A stretch of 64,000 nt of DNA, taken from NCBI RefSeq assembly GCF_009914755.1, contig NC_060934.1. One strand, given 5' to 3'. Positions 26,400 through 41,948 of the stretch are shown here, one piece after another (the stretch's first letter is position 1; the number at the start of each line of letters is the position of its first letter). This DNA comes from the human T2T-CHM13v2.0 reference genome, Homo sapiens. Under the pieces are notes generated by a model, which was given only the letters and a program-made list of their open reading frames with translations, searched no databases and was not told where the DNA came from. Made by a program: the position numbers and the translations under genes.

Positions 26400-27500
26400 A
26401 ATATTTTCTGGTGGCCTATATTCAATATTGTTAGTTCTATTTTCTGCTGTTAAAACTATCCACTAAGTTCTTAACATTGTGTATTTGAATTTTTGAATGT
26501 TGATTTCATACTTTTTTATAGATTATAATTTTTCTATCAAAATGTCTACTTCCTTCCATTTTGTCTGTCTTTTCTTATGTTTTCTTTAACCTATTTAAGA
26601 TGGTTATTTTAATATCCTTCTCTGCAAATTCCAATATCAGAGTTACCTGTTGGTCTCTTTCACTTGTTGATTTCCAATCAATTGACACTTTTTTTTATTA
26701 AGTCTTATACTTTCTTATTGAATGTCAGGCACACAAAATTATGAATGAAGAATTATAGAGACTGTGAAAGATCTTATTCTCCAAAGAGGTTAAATCTTCT
26801 TTAGTAAGGAGGATCACCTTGACCCTGTAAAGAGTTACATTCAGGCTTCATTACAACTGATTTGTTTAGTTTAGCCCTTATGCCTAGGGTTTGGCCTTTC
26901 AGGATTTTCAATAAAAACCTGATGTTTTTACCAAGCCCCTCTAACTTGGAGGAATTTGTACCTCAAAACACTTCCTTTCCAGTGGTGGCAGCTTCTGAAA
27001 TCTTTGGTATGCTCTTTCCAAAAGATTTCTTGGAGTTGCAGCTTGTTGCTTTCCTTTGGATTTCTTGAAGCTGCACCTGGCATGTGCATAGTTTATGAGT
27101 TAGACAATAATTTATGAGGAATTTTCATGTAAATTTTGGATTTCTGTGACTCTCTTCTCTTGGGAATTTAAACATACCCCCCACCCCCACCCCCAGTTCC
27201 CCCACTACCCCAATTTCCAGCCATTCTTGCATTCCTAACATCTTACCTCCTTCTTCAGTCTGGTAAGATTGTGAATGTCTGCCTGGATTTCATCTTTCTG
27301 AGCACAAAGATGAAAGTCCAGGTACATCTGTAATACACCATGTAGCTTTCTTTTTTTAAAGATCATATTATCCCTAGTTTTTGTATTCTTATATTGGTCT
27401 CCAATGCCTTCATTTTGGATTCGTAATTTTTTTCCCATAATTTGTTCAGTTTTTATAGGTATTGCCAGCATTAGGGTTTGTCTAAAGTTCTCCATTTCTT
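26400..27500 (-). mobile_element. Old L1M 5' region
   Basis: 'gttattttaatatccttctctgcaaattccaatatc', 'ttttctgctgttaaaactatccact'. Confidence 0.6.
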
Positions 27501-27559
27501 ATCAGTCACCAAATCCGATTTCTTTTGCTCACTAAATATCTTCTAAGAATCTTAGGATT

Positions 27560-27935
<376 letters not shown>

Positions 27936-29231
27936 TTACTAGGCCTCCTGCCTTCTCTTTTTTTGCCTCCTGTACCCTACCTGTTCTTTGCAATTGCACT
28001 GAGAGTGTGTCCTTCCAAGTTGAATTCTAATCTCTTAACTCCTGTCTCTCCACTATTACAGGTAAGTTGATAATTGATTTGAAATGATTTTTTTGTCCAT
28101 GGTGTAAATTGTGACACTTTTTCTTTTAAGTTTTAGGATATATCAAATGTCCTCAAAATGTCAGAGTTTTCTGGAATAAATTATATTGAAAAGATCTGAT
28201 TGGGGGATGTAGTCATCAGGCAAAGATTTAATTCATGCTGAGGAGTCCTTCTGTGTAGGAACTAAGTAAATGTTTCAATGAGGTAACACCAACTACCCCT
28301 GAGCTGGAAGTAGAGCAGTTTGGAAGAAAGATGGAAAGTAAACTGGGGAAAAGAAAAAAATTTGGAAAACTGCCCAGTATGTGGCAGCTGGGGATAGGAA
28401 TGGTGTCTGAAGATAAACATGAGCATTGGTGTAGTAATCTCCCCATAATAGTCCTCACTGAACCCCTGCAGAAGAGTTGCAGAGCTCCTATAGTTTTAGT
28501 TCCTTCAAGAAGTTTCAGAAAAATTATGCCAAATGGTACACCTTCAGATCGTTTCTTCCTTTCTCCCCAAAACATGTATAACAGACACAGCTTAATTTTC
28601 ATAACGACCAGGGTTGCAAGACTGTGTGACCCAGGGAATAGCTGCTGGTGAAGAATAATTATTAACCTACTTTGGAAATTACATTCTCTGGACCTTACAC
28701 TCTGAATGGTTGAAGTGCTACTACTAGGCAAAACATCAAACTTCTCCTGCTTTGTATTGAATTAACAAAACATGATTCCTGAAGGCCAGCTACACCTCCT
28801 TATTAAGTACTTTAAATCTCAGAATATATTAGTATTCTTTTTATGCTCATTGTCCTGAAAAACACAAAATCTTTGAGAATTCATCTGATGTAACTGTAAC
28901 AAAAAGGCACTTTAAAATAAATACCAGAGAATGATACCACATGTATAGAGCATTGAAATATTACTTTTTCTTTGAATAGTTATACATATTTGCCACATGA
29001 TTTTCATCAAATATTTGGTGTTTTCCTTTAACTGAAAGTAACTATGACATATTTTAATGTCTTGCTTTTCAAACCAAAGAACTTGCTGACTCCCCAGAAC
29101 ACACTTGTAAATAACACTACATTGAAATTGAAATGTTGTCAATATCTGATCATGGACACGAAAGTAATTTTTAAAAATATATTTATTTTTAGAGTAGTTT
29201 TGGCTTCACAGCAAAATTGAGCATAAGGTAC

Positions 29232-30313
29232 TATCGGGGGAAATTCACCCCCAATATTTCACGTAGGTTCTTTTCTATTTTTCCTAAGTGTCAGCCAGTC
29301 TGAGAAATAAAGGGACAGAGTACAAAAGAGAGAAATTTTAAAGCTGGGTGTCCTGGGGAGACATCACATATTGGCAGGTTCCGTGATGCCCCCAAGCCGT
29401 AAAATCAGCAAGTTTTTGCTAGTGATTTTCAAAAGGGGAAGGAGTGTACGAATAGGGTGTGGGTCACAGAGATCACATGCTTCACAAGGTAATAAAATAT
29501 CACAAGGCAAATGGAGGCAGGGCGAGATCACAGGACCACAGGACCAGGGACAAATTAAAATTGATAATGAAGTTTTGGGCATGCGTTGTCATTGATAACA
29601 TCTTATCAGGAGACAGGGTTTGAGAGCAGACAACTGGTCTGACCAAAATTTATTAGGCGGGAATTTCCTCATCCTAATAAGCGTTGGAGTGCTACGGGAT
29701 ACTGGGGCTTATTTCATCCCTTAGTTACGACTACAAAAGACAGCCATCCCCAAAGCGACCATTTCAGAGGCCTCCCCTTAGGGATGCATTCTCTTTCTCA
29801 GGGATGTTCCTTGCTGAGAAAAAGAATTCAGTGATATTTCTCCTGTTTGCTTTTGAAAGAAGAGAAATATGGCCCTTTTATGCCTGGCTCACAGGCAGCC
29901 AGAGTTTAAGGTTATCTCCCTTGTTCCCTGAACATTGCTGTTATCCTGTTCTTTTTTCAAGGTGCCCAGATTTCATATTGTTCAAACACACATTCTCTAC
30001 AAACAATTTGTGCAGTTAACGCAATCACACAGGGTCCTGAGGTGACATACATCCTCCTCAGCTTATGAAGATGATGGGATTAAGAGATTAAAGACAGGCA
30101 TAGGAAATCACAGGGGTATTGATTGGGGAAGTGATAAGTGTCCATGAAATCTTCACAATTTATGTTCAGAGATTTCAGTAAAGACAGGCATAAGAAATTA
30201 TGAAAGTGTTAATTTGGGGAACTAATAAATGTCCATGAAATCTTCACAATTTATGTTCTTCTGCCATGGCTTCAGCCAGTCCTTCCATTCAGAGTCCCTG
30301 ACTTCCCGCAACA
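29232..30313 (-). mobile_element. MER11 LTR (HERV-K HML-8), complete 3' LTR
   Basis: reverse complement starts 'tgttgcgggaagtcaggga' and ends 'gaatttcccccgata'; about 1.08 kb; preceded by a polypurine tract. Confidence 0.92.
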
Positions 30314-30958
30314 TCTCTCCCTTTCTTTTTATATAAATGTGCCATGGTGATGAAGGCTTGTTCGTTCTCTTGATTTTGATGCAGGATTTTTTGACTGGTC
30401 CAGCACACTAAAAACAAGCCGATTAAACAGAGAAACATAATTCCAAAATTTACTACAGTGGAGCCCCCAATAGACTTAATCCAAGTCCTGGGGTTTAATC
30501 CATAAAGATTTTCTGCCACCTGATCTAAAGCCTCAGCTCCAGGCACAATGAATAGGTGAGCTTGAGAAGCTTCAAAAATTTGTTTTTAATTTAGTTATGT
30601 CCAATGATAAATTATCTTCCCTACCCAGAAGGTGTCTTTTGACGATTTCCCATGAATGATCAGTCTCGTTATAGGAATACGGGTGATACAGAAATCCAAA
30701 GTATTCCAATCACACTGCATTTGCATGTGATGTTCGAGACTCACTACCCAATCTCCAAGCCAAATAACTGACTGTCTTAAATCATTAATTTGATTAGCCA
30801 ATTTTTGATCAATGCTTTGTTGAGAATTCCACATTTGGGTGGAATTGGCTTGCCAATCATTAACAAAATGAGCTGTTTGAATAGATTGATGTAACGCCAT
30901 TCTGGCAGAGGTGGCCATTGCAGTGACGGCCATTGCAGTGACTGTAATTAAACCCATG
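30314..30958 (-). pseudogene. HERV-K (HML-8) env TM fragment, frameshifted
   Basis: translations '[10 protein letters not shown]...[46 protein letters not shown]...CDWN' and 'LYGLNPRTWIKSIGGSTVVNF'. Confidence 0.93.
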
Positions 30959-31100
30959 GGAGCCGTCCAACCTGGCATGCCTGCCCCTGCTTTAATACCT
31001 AAAAATTGGCCTCTCATAGTTATTGATCTTAAAGATTGTTTTTTTCATATTGCCTTACATAAATCAGATTGTGAAAAATTTGCTTTTACTGTACCATCTA
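30942..31100 (+). pseudogene. HERV-K pol reverse-transcriptase fragment, inverted relative to env
   Basis: '[52 protein letters not shown]' contains the betaretroviral [10 protein letters not shown] motif. Confidence 0.93.
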
Positions 31101-31869
31101 AATATTCCTGGCTCCCAAATATGCACAACCTCCCCCACTATCAACATCTTGCATCAAAGTGGTGTAGTTATTACAATTGATGAACTTATATTGACGCATC
31201 ATTATCACTCCAAGTCCGTAGTTTACATTAGGGTTCACTCTTGATGTTGTTCATTTATAGATTTGGTCAAATGTATAATGACTTGTCTTCAGCATACAGA
31301 ATACTTTCACTTCCTTAAAATTCCTGTGATCCTCTTCTTCATCCCTTTCTCCTCCCAACCTCTGACTCCACTAATCTTTGTACTATTTCCATAGTTTTGC
31401 CTTTTCCAGAATGTCCTATAGCTAGAATCATATGGTATGTAGCCTTTTTAGACTCGCTTACTTCACTATCGTATTAGATGTTCACCCATGTCTTTTTATG
31501 ACTTGATGGCTCTTTTATTGTCAGAGAATAATATCCCTTTGTCTCGATGTACCATGGTTTACTTATCCATTTATTACTGAAGGACGTTTTCATTGCTTCA
31601 AGTTTTAACAGTTATGAATAAAGCTGTTATAAACATCTGTGTGCAGATTTTTGTGTGGACATAGGTTTTCAACACTTTTGACTAAATGACAAAGAGTAAG
31701 ATTGCTGGATTGTATGGTTAGAGTAGGTTTAGTTTTGTAAAAACCTGCCAAACTGTCTTCCAAAGTGACTGTACCATGTTGCATTCCCACCAGCAATGAA
31801 TGAGAGTTCCTGTAGCTCCACATTCTTGCCAGCATTAGTGCTGAAAGGGTTGCCGAAAAGAAGATCTCA

Positions 31870-32390
31870 CATGGTTTGGACGTACCACAGTTTGTTTAAT
31901 CATTCACCTGTTGAAGGATATGTGGACTCTTTCTAGTTTTTAGCTATTAGAAATAAAGCCCCTATAAAAGGTTTAGGCTTACATGGGAACATAAATTTTC
32001 ATTTTTCTGGGACAATTGTCCAAGAGTTCAATCCCTAAGTTGTATGACAATTATATGTTTAGTTTTACAACAAACTGCCAAACTGTCTTCCAGGGCAGGT
32101 GTACCATTTTCCATTCCCAGCATTAATATCTGAGTGATCTAGTTCTCTGCATCTTTACCAGCATTTTGTGCTGCCACTTTTTTTAGTCATTCTGATCTGA
32201 ATGTTATGATATCTAATGGTGGCTTCAATCTGTTTTTCCCTAATCAATAATTATCTGAACATCTTTTTATATGCTTACTTGCTATCTATATATCCTCCTC
32301 AGTGAAATGTCCATTCATATCTTTTACTATTTTACACATTGGATTGATTCTTTTACTGTTGAATTTTGAGAATTCTTTATACATTTGCTA
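31870..32390 (-). mobile_element. L1MD/L1MC fragment
   Basis: 'gtaccacagtttgtttaatcattcacctgttgaagga'. Confidence 0.8.
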
Positions 32391-33969
32391 TGGTCCTTCC
32401 ATCAACAGCCTTCCATGCACACCACCTCCACTCAAATGCTGCCCTTTTGAACACAGAGAATTCTCATATATCTGCGGGATTCAGTAAGAGTCTTCTGATC
32501 TTCACATTCCTTTCTCCTCTATCAGTTTGGAGTTTAGAAACTGCCCATTACTGATACACAGAGTTTAAACTATATTTTTCGTAGATCTCAAATCTTCAAA
32601 TAGTGTGATTTATAGGCTAAATTTGTAGGAACTATTAGTAAATGTTTCTTCTTTGGATTCATTTTTGACCCTGATTAATTTGGGAATCAGTCATATGTGT
32701 TTGTATAGGCATGTGAAGAATCTGTACATATCCAGGGATATCAGGACTAAGGTAAAAGTAATTTCAATCTTATTTGTGTCTGCTGAGATTCTTTTACTTT
32801 TCTTTCTCAAGATTCCATCTCTAGTTGCTCAGTGTCTTCATTTTCCTTGATACCTGGGGTCTTACCTGAATGTATTTATTTCCCTTTCTCACATAAAAAA
32901 AGACATATTTGTTATTCAGAAAATGCTGTATATCTTTAATTAAAAATGTATAGCATATATGTTTAAACACATTCATTCATATGTTTAACTGTATGAATTT
33001 TTCTGTATGAGTGCATCTTTGTATATTTTACCTTCCCTTTATTCTAAGTAATATATTCCCATCAATTCATAACAATATCTAATAATACTTTTCCCACATC
33101 CCTGTCTACACACATACAAATATATTCTCTAAAATTCTCTAGAGCAGAGATAAGGACTTGTAGGAGCCTGATGTTCGCCTCTACAGTCCTTTTTCTCTGC
33201 AATTATGCCTGTATTCATATACATCTAATCTTATCTTTATTTTTTCACATAAATGGAATTATACATTTCTCTATACTCTTCTTTCTATTCCATAGCAAGC
33301 TCTGGAGGATAACTTCTTTGTTCCTATTGGTATTTATTCAAAATATTGTTTGTCTCTCAATTACTTTAAGTTGTATTTTATGTCCTTTAGCAAAGTTCTC
33401 AAGTTTTCTACTTAGGCATTTCTTATTGCTATGTTGCTAGCTACTGTGGTTTTGGTTGTTCTTTTAGAAAGAAATGACTATGTTTTGCTGTATTAGTTAT
33501 TGTGATTACAGTGACATTTTATTCTAATTGGTTTACAAATATTCTTTATACATTAAGTAGTAAAGTGTTCCAGGAGTATTGCATCTAGTTTGCTTAATTA
33601 AGACATTTAATTTTAACTTTGAATATCATTTCTATTTTATATAAAGAATTTAAAGTTATTGAATATTTTAATTTTCCTTTCATATTTACTTTATATTTTC
33701 ACTATATTAAAGTATTAGTGCATAAGCAAAGTGAACAAATGATAGTGATGCAGCTTTATGAATTTTCACAGTGAGCCCTCTTATATAACCAAGAAATAGA
33801 GTGAGGAATAAAACATTACTCTTTGAGAATTTGAGAAGATCCCTTCATGGAACCTCCTAGATACTCCTTTTCCTCAAAACTAAATGCTATTCAAAGTTAT
33901 AAACTAATATTCATGTCTGTGTTTGAACATTATATAAGTAAAAGTTTGTTGTATAATATATACTGTGTA

Positions 33970-36440
33970 GTGATAACAACCATACCATGGAACACTACTC
34001 ATTAAGGAAAAGGAATGAACTATTGATTTGAGCAACAAGTTGGGTGATCTATTTGGAATTATACCAAGCAAAGAAAGCAAATTTCAAAATGTTATTTATT
34101 GCAAGATGCCATTTATACAACATTCTGAAATGACAAAATTTTAGAATTAAAGAATAGTGATTGCTATGTGTTGGGGATAAAGTGGGAAAAGGCAGGAAGA
34201 ATTTGAGTACAGTTATAAAAGGGTGACAATGGGATCCTTGTGGTGATGGAACTCTACAGTATCTTAGCTGTGATGGGGAATACACAAACTTGCACTAGTG
34301 ATAAAATTCAACAGAGCTAAACATCCATGGAGACACATACAATGAATAAACTAAAACTGGGAAACTGAATAAGATTAGTTTCATATATTGATGTCAGTAT
34401 TCTGTTTGTGATGTTGCACTATACTTTTACAAAATGTTACCATTGATGTAATTGTGTAACCATGTAAAATGTACACTGGTATTTCTGTGTAGTTGTTCTC
34501 AAGTTTGCACGCAAATCTGCAGTTATCTCGATACATATTTTACGTTAAAATAATATTTTTTTACATTTAAAAATCAAATGAGTGTTCTTTCATTGTTACC
34601 TCTTGAACAATTCAATCCTAAATCCATTAGGTGGGAGTGATCAAGGTAGGTATCTCCAGTTGACAGTTGGTGAAAACAATGACCCAAAGCAAGATGTCAG
34701 AGCTTGATCATAGTGAGAAGTATACCCTTGGCAGGCAGCTTGATATAAGGCGTCAGAGAGTGAGCAGGATGAGGAGGGCTTCCACACCTCTACTGTGGTG
34801 TGTCAAAGTCCAAGAAAGTAAGGAGAGTGTTCACATTGAAGGGCTGACCTGGTGCATGGTGCCAGAGCACTAACAGGGTAAGGAAATTGTCCATGCTGAG
34901 GAGTGGCCCAACATGGTGAATCAGAGGCCACAGGGAAATATAATTGAATAGCTACATATTGGGGAATTTTACATATGTTATAAGGATAATAGCAGCTTTA
35001 TTTTTCAACTGTCATCAAAAACAAGGTACAACTACCAACAAAAAAAATGTAGAAATGGCAAAAGCTAAACTACTTGCTAAGGTATGGGATTGGAATTGAA
35101 GTTGTTACTGGGAACTCATGTATATAGGTAGAGAAATAAATAGAGATGAAAATGACTCTTTGTTGACCTTGGAGTAGTGACACTTTAGTAGCAATGAGCA
35201 CACATAGCATCTAAATCTCGGCTTCTAAATAACATTCATCATTAAAAGGAAACATGGCTCTGGAAAAATATCTGATTTCAAGACAGCCAAAGAGAAACGA
35301 CAAAATGCACTTACGACACCTTTTACACCAGAAAGTAAGAATGTGTTCAGTGAGTAATAGAGACATTTCAAAAAGACACAAGAACCACTTTAAATAACCT
35401 TCCACTGAACAAATTATAGACAATATGTTTATCAAAATAATAGTAATGAATTATAGTCTACTGAAGAAAATAAATCCATGAATCCTGGCAGATATCAGTG
35501 ATCCAAGTAGAAATCATTCATAACAGGACAAATTTAAATCTTTGTTACCAGACAGGATTCAATGAGAAGAATACCACATCACACTTGCCAAATTTCTGCC
35601 AAATATATATTTATAAGTTTGTTCTCATGCTGCTAATAAAGACATACCCCAGACTGGGTAATTTATAAAAGAAGGAGGTTTAATGGACTCACAGTTCCAC
35701 ATGGCTGGGGAGGCCTCACAATTATGGTGGAAGATGAAATAACAGCAAAGGGACTCCTTACATGGTGGCGGGCAAGAGAGAATGAGAGCCAAGTGAAAGG
35801 GAAAATCCCTTATAAAACCATCAGATCTCAAGAGACTGATTCACTACCATGAAAGCAGTATGAGGGAAACCACCCCCATGATTCAGTTATCTCTCACCAG
35901 ATCTATCCCACAACACGTGGGAATTATGGGCGTTACAATTGAAGATGAGATTTGGGTGGGGACACAGCCAAACTACATCAATATAGAACTTGAGTTTCAT
36001 CATAAGGCAACCCATAATTAGAAACCAAAATTGAGCAACATTCCTAAAAAACAACTGGCCTGTAATTTCCAAAAGGGTTAAAGCATGGAAAAACAAGGAA
36101 AGGCTGAGGAATTGTTCCAGTTTGAAGAGAACTAAAGAGACATATTAAGTAAAATGAGTAATCATGAATTACAAAGAAATTATTACTTTACATAAATTAA
36201 TGGACAACTAGTAAAACTTGAGTGGGGCATGAAGATTAGATGGAACTTATGGTTAATGTTAATTTATGATACCAATTCTTTTTATTTTCGCTATGTAGGA
36301 GGATATTCTTATTTGTAAAAAATATACAATAAAGTGTTTGAGGATAATGGGGAATCAGGTCATTACCACACAGATAGTTCAGGAAAAATGTTCTTTGACT
36401 AGAATTACAACTTTTGTGTAAGTTTTTGATTTCAAAAATT
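33970..36440 (+). mobile_element. L1MC/L1MD 3' regions, sense strand
   Basis: 'ccatttatacaacattctgaaatgacaaaattttaga', 'aaggaaaggctgaggaattgttccag'. Confidence 0.7.
35608..35980 (-). mobile_element. THE1C MaLR solo LTR
   Basis: 'tgctgctaataaagacatacc...gatttgggtggggacacagccaaactacatca'. Confidence 0.92.
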
Positions 36441-37051
36441 CTGAAGGAAAATACAAAAACTAATACCTAAACACAAAACCACAAGTGAGATCACAGAAGT
36501 GTGGGCCTGAGTTTGTAAGTAAGAGAGAATGCAGCAAGTCCAAAATGGTTCAATCTCCTGTAACATGAATAATTAGCATACATAAGTAATAAAGTTTATG
36601 CATCCACTATGCCTTACTTGCTCTGCCTGAGACACTGATGCTCAGAAGAAAATCCCAGGTCTGGAAGAAAGTGAAGCTCCTCCTGGTTGGGTGCTATTTT
36701 AAGCTGATTTGAATTTCTGGCAATCATGATAGCCTGAAGCTTTGATTGATCTCCATGGACCCTGCTGCTATCAAGATGGGTAAGAGACCGCCAAAATATT
36801 TTACTCAAAGATAAGAAGTCATCAGAGATAATGTCTGCAAATGCTCACACTGGCTATAGGTAAGGCTGAGTGAATATTTGACGTTATAACATCATCCTGC
36901 CTTTTCTGGATTGTTCAACTACTGTTTGCAAAATTTTGTATGTAGTAAAAATATAAATATTTGCAGTAATATATCACAAGCATTTCTATTATCCTGGTAA
37001 CGTTAACTTTAACACACATGGATTCATGTTTACAGTTTCTCAGTATGTAGA

Positions 37052-37362
37052 GGCAGTCAGTGGCTCACACCTGTAATCCCAGCACTTTGGGAGGCCAAAG
37101 CGGGAGGATCACGAGGTCAGGAGATCCAGACCATCCTGGCTAACATGGTGAAACCCTGTCTCTACTAAAAATACAAAAAATTAGTCGGGTGTGGTGGTGG
37201 GTGCCTGTAGTCCCAGCTACTCGAGGGGCTGAGGCAGGAGAATGCCATGAATCCAGGAGATGGAGCTTGCAGTGAGCCGAGATCCTGCCAATGCGTTCCA
37301 GCCTGGGTGACAGAGCGAGACTCTGTCTCAAAAAAAAAAAATAAAATAAAGTAAAATAAAAA
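37052..37362 (+). mobile_element. AluY
   Basis: 'accatcctggctaacatggtg', 'ggagcttgcagtgagccgagat'. Confidence 0.93.
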
Positions 37363-38119
37363 AGCAAACAACTTTACCACATTTTAATTTTCCTTCTCCT
37401 GCACATTTCTCGACAGATAATTAATATATTTTCATATTCTCATGAGGATATTACATTGCTTTTGTAAATCTTGTGTGTATTGAACTAAATCTGTTTATTT
37501 GGATGTTATCATGATTAATTATGTATTTTAATGTATTTCTAACATTGTAATTTTTGCTTTGTGTATGCCCACTCTTTCATGGTGAAGTAATTACCCTTAC
37601 TTTCTAGGTTCTTTGTCAAAAATTATTGAGCCAACTAAAATCAATGCTGTTGTTTTTTTTCCACTACTGATTTTACGTCTCATCTATTTGTATTTCCAAA
37701 CACATTTTCTATTTTGCAATATTTTCTTTTTTGCTAAACATAACACAGACGACCTCTAGATACAAAAATAGTTCTTAAATATCCTCAAATTATCTTTATT
37801 TCAATGTTGGCTTAAATGTGTACAATGATAGATCTAAAGTGATTTTACTTTGGAACGTTGAATGTTTCTTCCAGTGTCTTCTATAATTTTTTCTAATTTC
37901 CTAAACATGTCTTATAAGAGGTCTAATGCCAATGTGATTTTAACTTTTAATTTCTTTCTAAATAGTAATCTTTTTTTCTCTTTTGGAGATATTAGGAATT
38001 TGTCTTTACCTTTGGAATTCTAAAATGTCACTGAGCTTTTTTCAGTGTTTTTTTTTACTTCAAACTCAGAAAGATATTGGTTCTTCTGTGTGCTTCATGT
38101 CTCTCCATTTCTATAATTT

Positions 38120-38310
38120 TTTATTTTTAATTGATACATAATCTTTGTAGATATTTATCAGGTACATGTAATATTTTGATACATGCGTACAATGTATAAT
38201 GATCAAATCAGTGTAATTAGTATAGCCATCATCTCAGACATTCATCATTTCTTTGTTTTGGGAACTTTCCAAATGTTCTCTTTAGCTATTTTGAAACATG
38301 CAATTATTGT
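38120..38310 (-). mobile_element. Short L1MA 3' end
   Basis: 'acaatgtataatgatcaaatcagtgtaattagtatagccatcatctca'. Confidence 0.85.
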
Positions 38311-40353
38311 CCCCCTTCCATTTGACACACTCTATAACTTCCTCTTCAATTAAATTCATTATAATATTTTTCTAATATGATGGCTTTAAACTATGTAATA
38401 ATCATTTTAATTTATAAAGTTATATATATATTATTTCTTTTTCTATATCTAGTTCTTTTTATGGTTATGACTTCCTTTCTTTTTTCTATATCAGTCATCC
38501 CTGTTTTAAATTCTCCTTGTGTGCTTCTACTAATTCTGGTTCCTTGGTTTTATTAAGATTATGACATGCACTGTCTTGTTTTTCTTTAATTTTTTATTTT
38601 CAAATAATTTTACATGAAAGATGTAAACATGTTAAAAAGAATTCCCATTATTCTTTATACACTAATGTTAATATCTGACATAGCTATAGTATACTTATCA
38701 ATACCATAAACTTATCACAACATTGAAATAATGCTATTAATTAATCATAGAGTTTATTCAAATTTTGCTGATTTTCCTACTAATAATCTTTTCCTTTCTG
38801 GTATCCAAGCTGGTATAGCACTTTACATTTAGTGTTAGGTGTTTTTCAAACTCCAACAGACTCCAGCACTTCCTCAGTCTGTTTTTGTCTTCCAGAACCT
38901 TAATAATTTTGAAGAGTTACTTTGTAAACTGTCTCTCAATTTATATTTATCTGTAGTTTACCTGTAATTACATTAAAGCTATTCAGTTGGCAATATTACA
39001 ACAAAAGTGATGATGTTTCCTTCCCAGTAGAACAGAGTGTACATGATATCCACATCTCATAACTGGTGGTATAAGCGTTGATCACTTGTTTCAGGTGACA
39101 TCCTGTGTAAAGTTGCAACTTTTTCGTTATATCACTGTATTGGTTTTTTTATGGCTATGAAACAAATTACCCCAAGTATAGAGACTTAAAACAACACCCA
39201 TTATATCTCACAGTTGTGAGAGATCGGGAGACTTTTCTCTGCTTATCTGGCTCCTCTGCTCAAGGTTGCATAAAGCTTTAGTCAAGGTGCAGGCCACATC
39301 TCATCTGTGGGCTTGATTGCAGAATAATCCACTTGCAAGCTCATTCCAGTTGTTGGAAGACTTCACTTACACTTTATTTGCATGTATGACTCAGGCTCTC
39401 AACTTTTCTCAGCGAATACACAGTGATATCCAGTAGTCTCTAGAACCTAAGGATTGCTTCCAGTCAGTAGCCATCCTTAGTATAAGTTAATACTAAAATA
39501 CAACTTTTAATATGATCCTTAATATTAGTTCAAAGAGTTCTCTCATTTTTTTTACAACTGCTTAGTACTTCAATGTATAAACTAACCATATTTTATTAAA
39601 TTGCTGTCTTATCTGTGGACATTTAGTTTACTCCGATTGTTTTGCAATTACAAACCAGTGCTGCTATGAGCATTGTGCTTATATAGTTCATACTATTGGA
39701 AGTCTAGCACCAGAGAAGGTTCTTGTAAGTGGAATTGGAGGACCAAAATAAAGTAGTATATGTAGTTTGGTTAGGTTTTTCCAAATTTCCTTCCAGAAGG
39801 ATTGTACAAGTTTAAATTCCCACCAGGATTCTGTGAAAGGATTTGCTTGCTCTAGCTTTGGCAGCAGAATATGATGACATACATTTATTAAATGTCAATC
39901 TGATACAGAATTTTAGTTTGCATTTATCTCACTGTAAGAGTTGGAAAATTTTTCATATGTTTTGGTAGTCATTTTAATACTCTTCTGAGGCAATTTTTAT
40001 CGTTTTTCTCTCTTTTTCTATTGAGTATTTGAATCCCTTTTTCTCAATTTAAAAAGTATTTTTTAACATATTGAAGATATTAGTCCTTTGTCTGTAGAAT
40101 ATTTTATCCCAGTTTGTCGACTGTCTTTTACTTTGTTTTACTTTTTTCATAAAGTGCTTTTGCCATGAATTTTTAGAAATTTTATGAATATAAAATCAGC
40201 AGTTTTTTTGAAAAATTGCCCCAGATTTTGAGCCACATTTAGAGAGCCCTTCCCTATATTAAGTTTAGAAAGTAATTAAGACAGGTATACTTCTAATACT
40301 TGTAGAATTGGATGTTTTACATTTAGATCATTGATTCAGTTGAAATTTATTTT

Positions 40354-41711
<1,358 letters not shown>

Positions 41712-41948
41712 TGAAATTTATTTTTGAAAAGGGTATAAGGTATAAATCTAATTTTATCTTTTTTATTTCCAAATGTATACACTCCTGTCCTTGTATTTTT
41801 ATTAACTAAAATAGTCTATCTTTGCTACAGTGATTTATGATGCCACTCTATTCATACACTAAATTTCAAATGCACACAGTTGTGTTTCTGGTTTTTTTTT
41901 CTGTTCTATTTCAATAATATATCTTTTATTCATGAACAAGTATTACAC

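Larger units (their letters stand above)
29180..31840 (-). mobile_element. L1MC1-like 3' end hosting the HERV-K remnant
   Basis: 'cacagcaaaattgagcataaggtac' | insert | 'cctcccccactatcaacatc...agtttacattagggttcactctt'. Confidence 0.85.

Noticed and set aside
28228-28731. 167-aa minus ORF overlapping a 106-aa plus ORF in apparently unique DNA
   Set aside because: TTG start, no recognisable domain; one such frame in 64 kb is plausible by chance on a rough estimate
30091-30257. Direct repeat inside the LTR as a novel array
   Set aside because: Internal repeats are a normal feature of MER11 LTRs
31545-32170. Apparent tandem duplication of L1 sequence
   Set aside because: Highly diverged copies with different subfamily features; better explained as two independent L1M fragments
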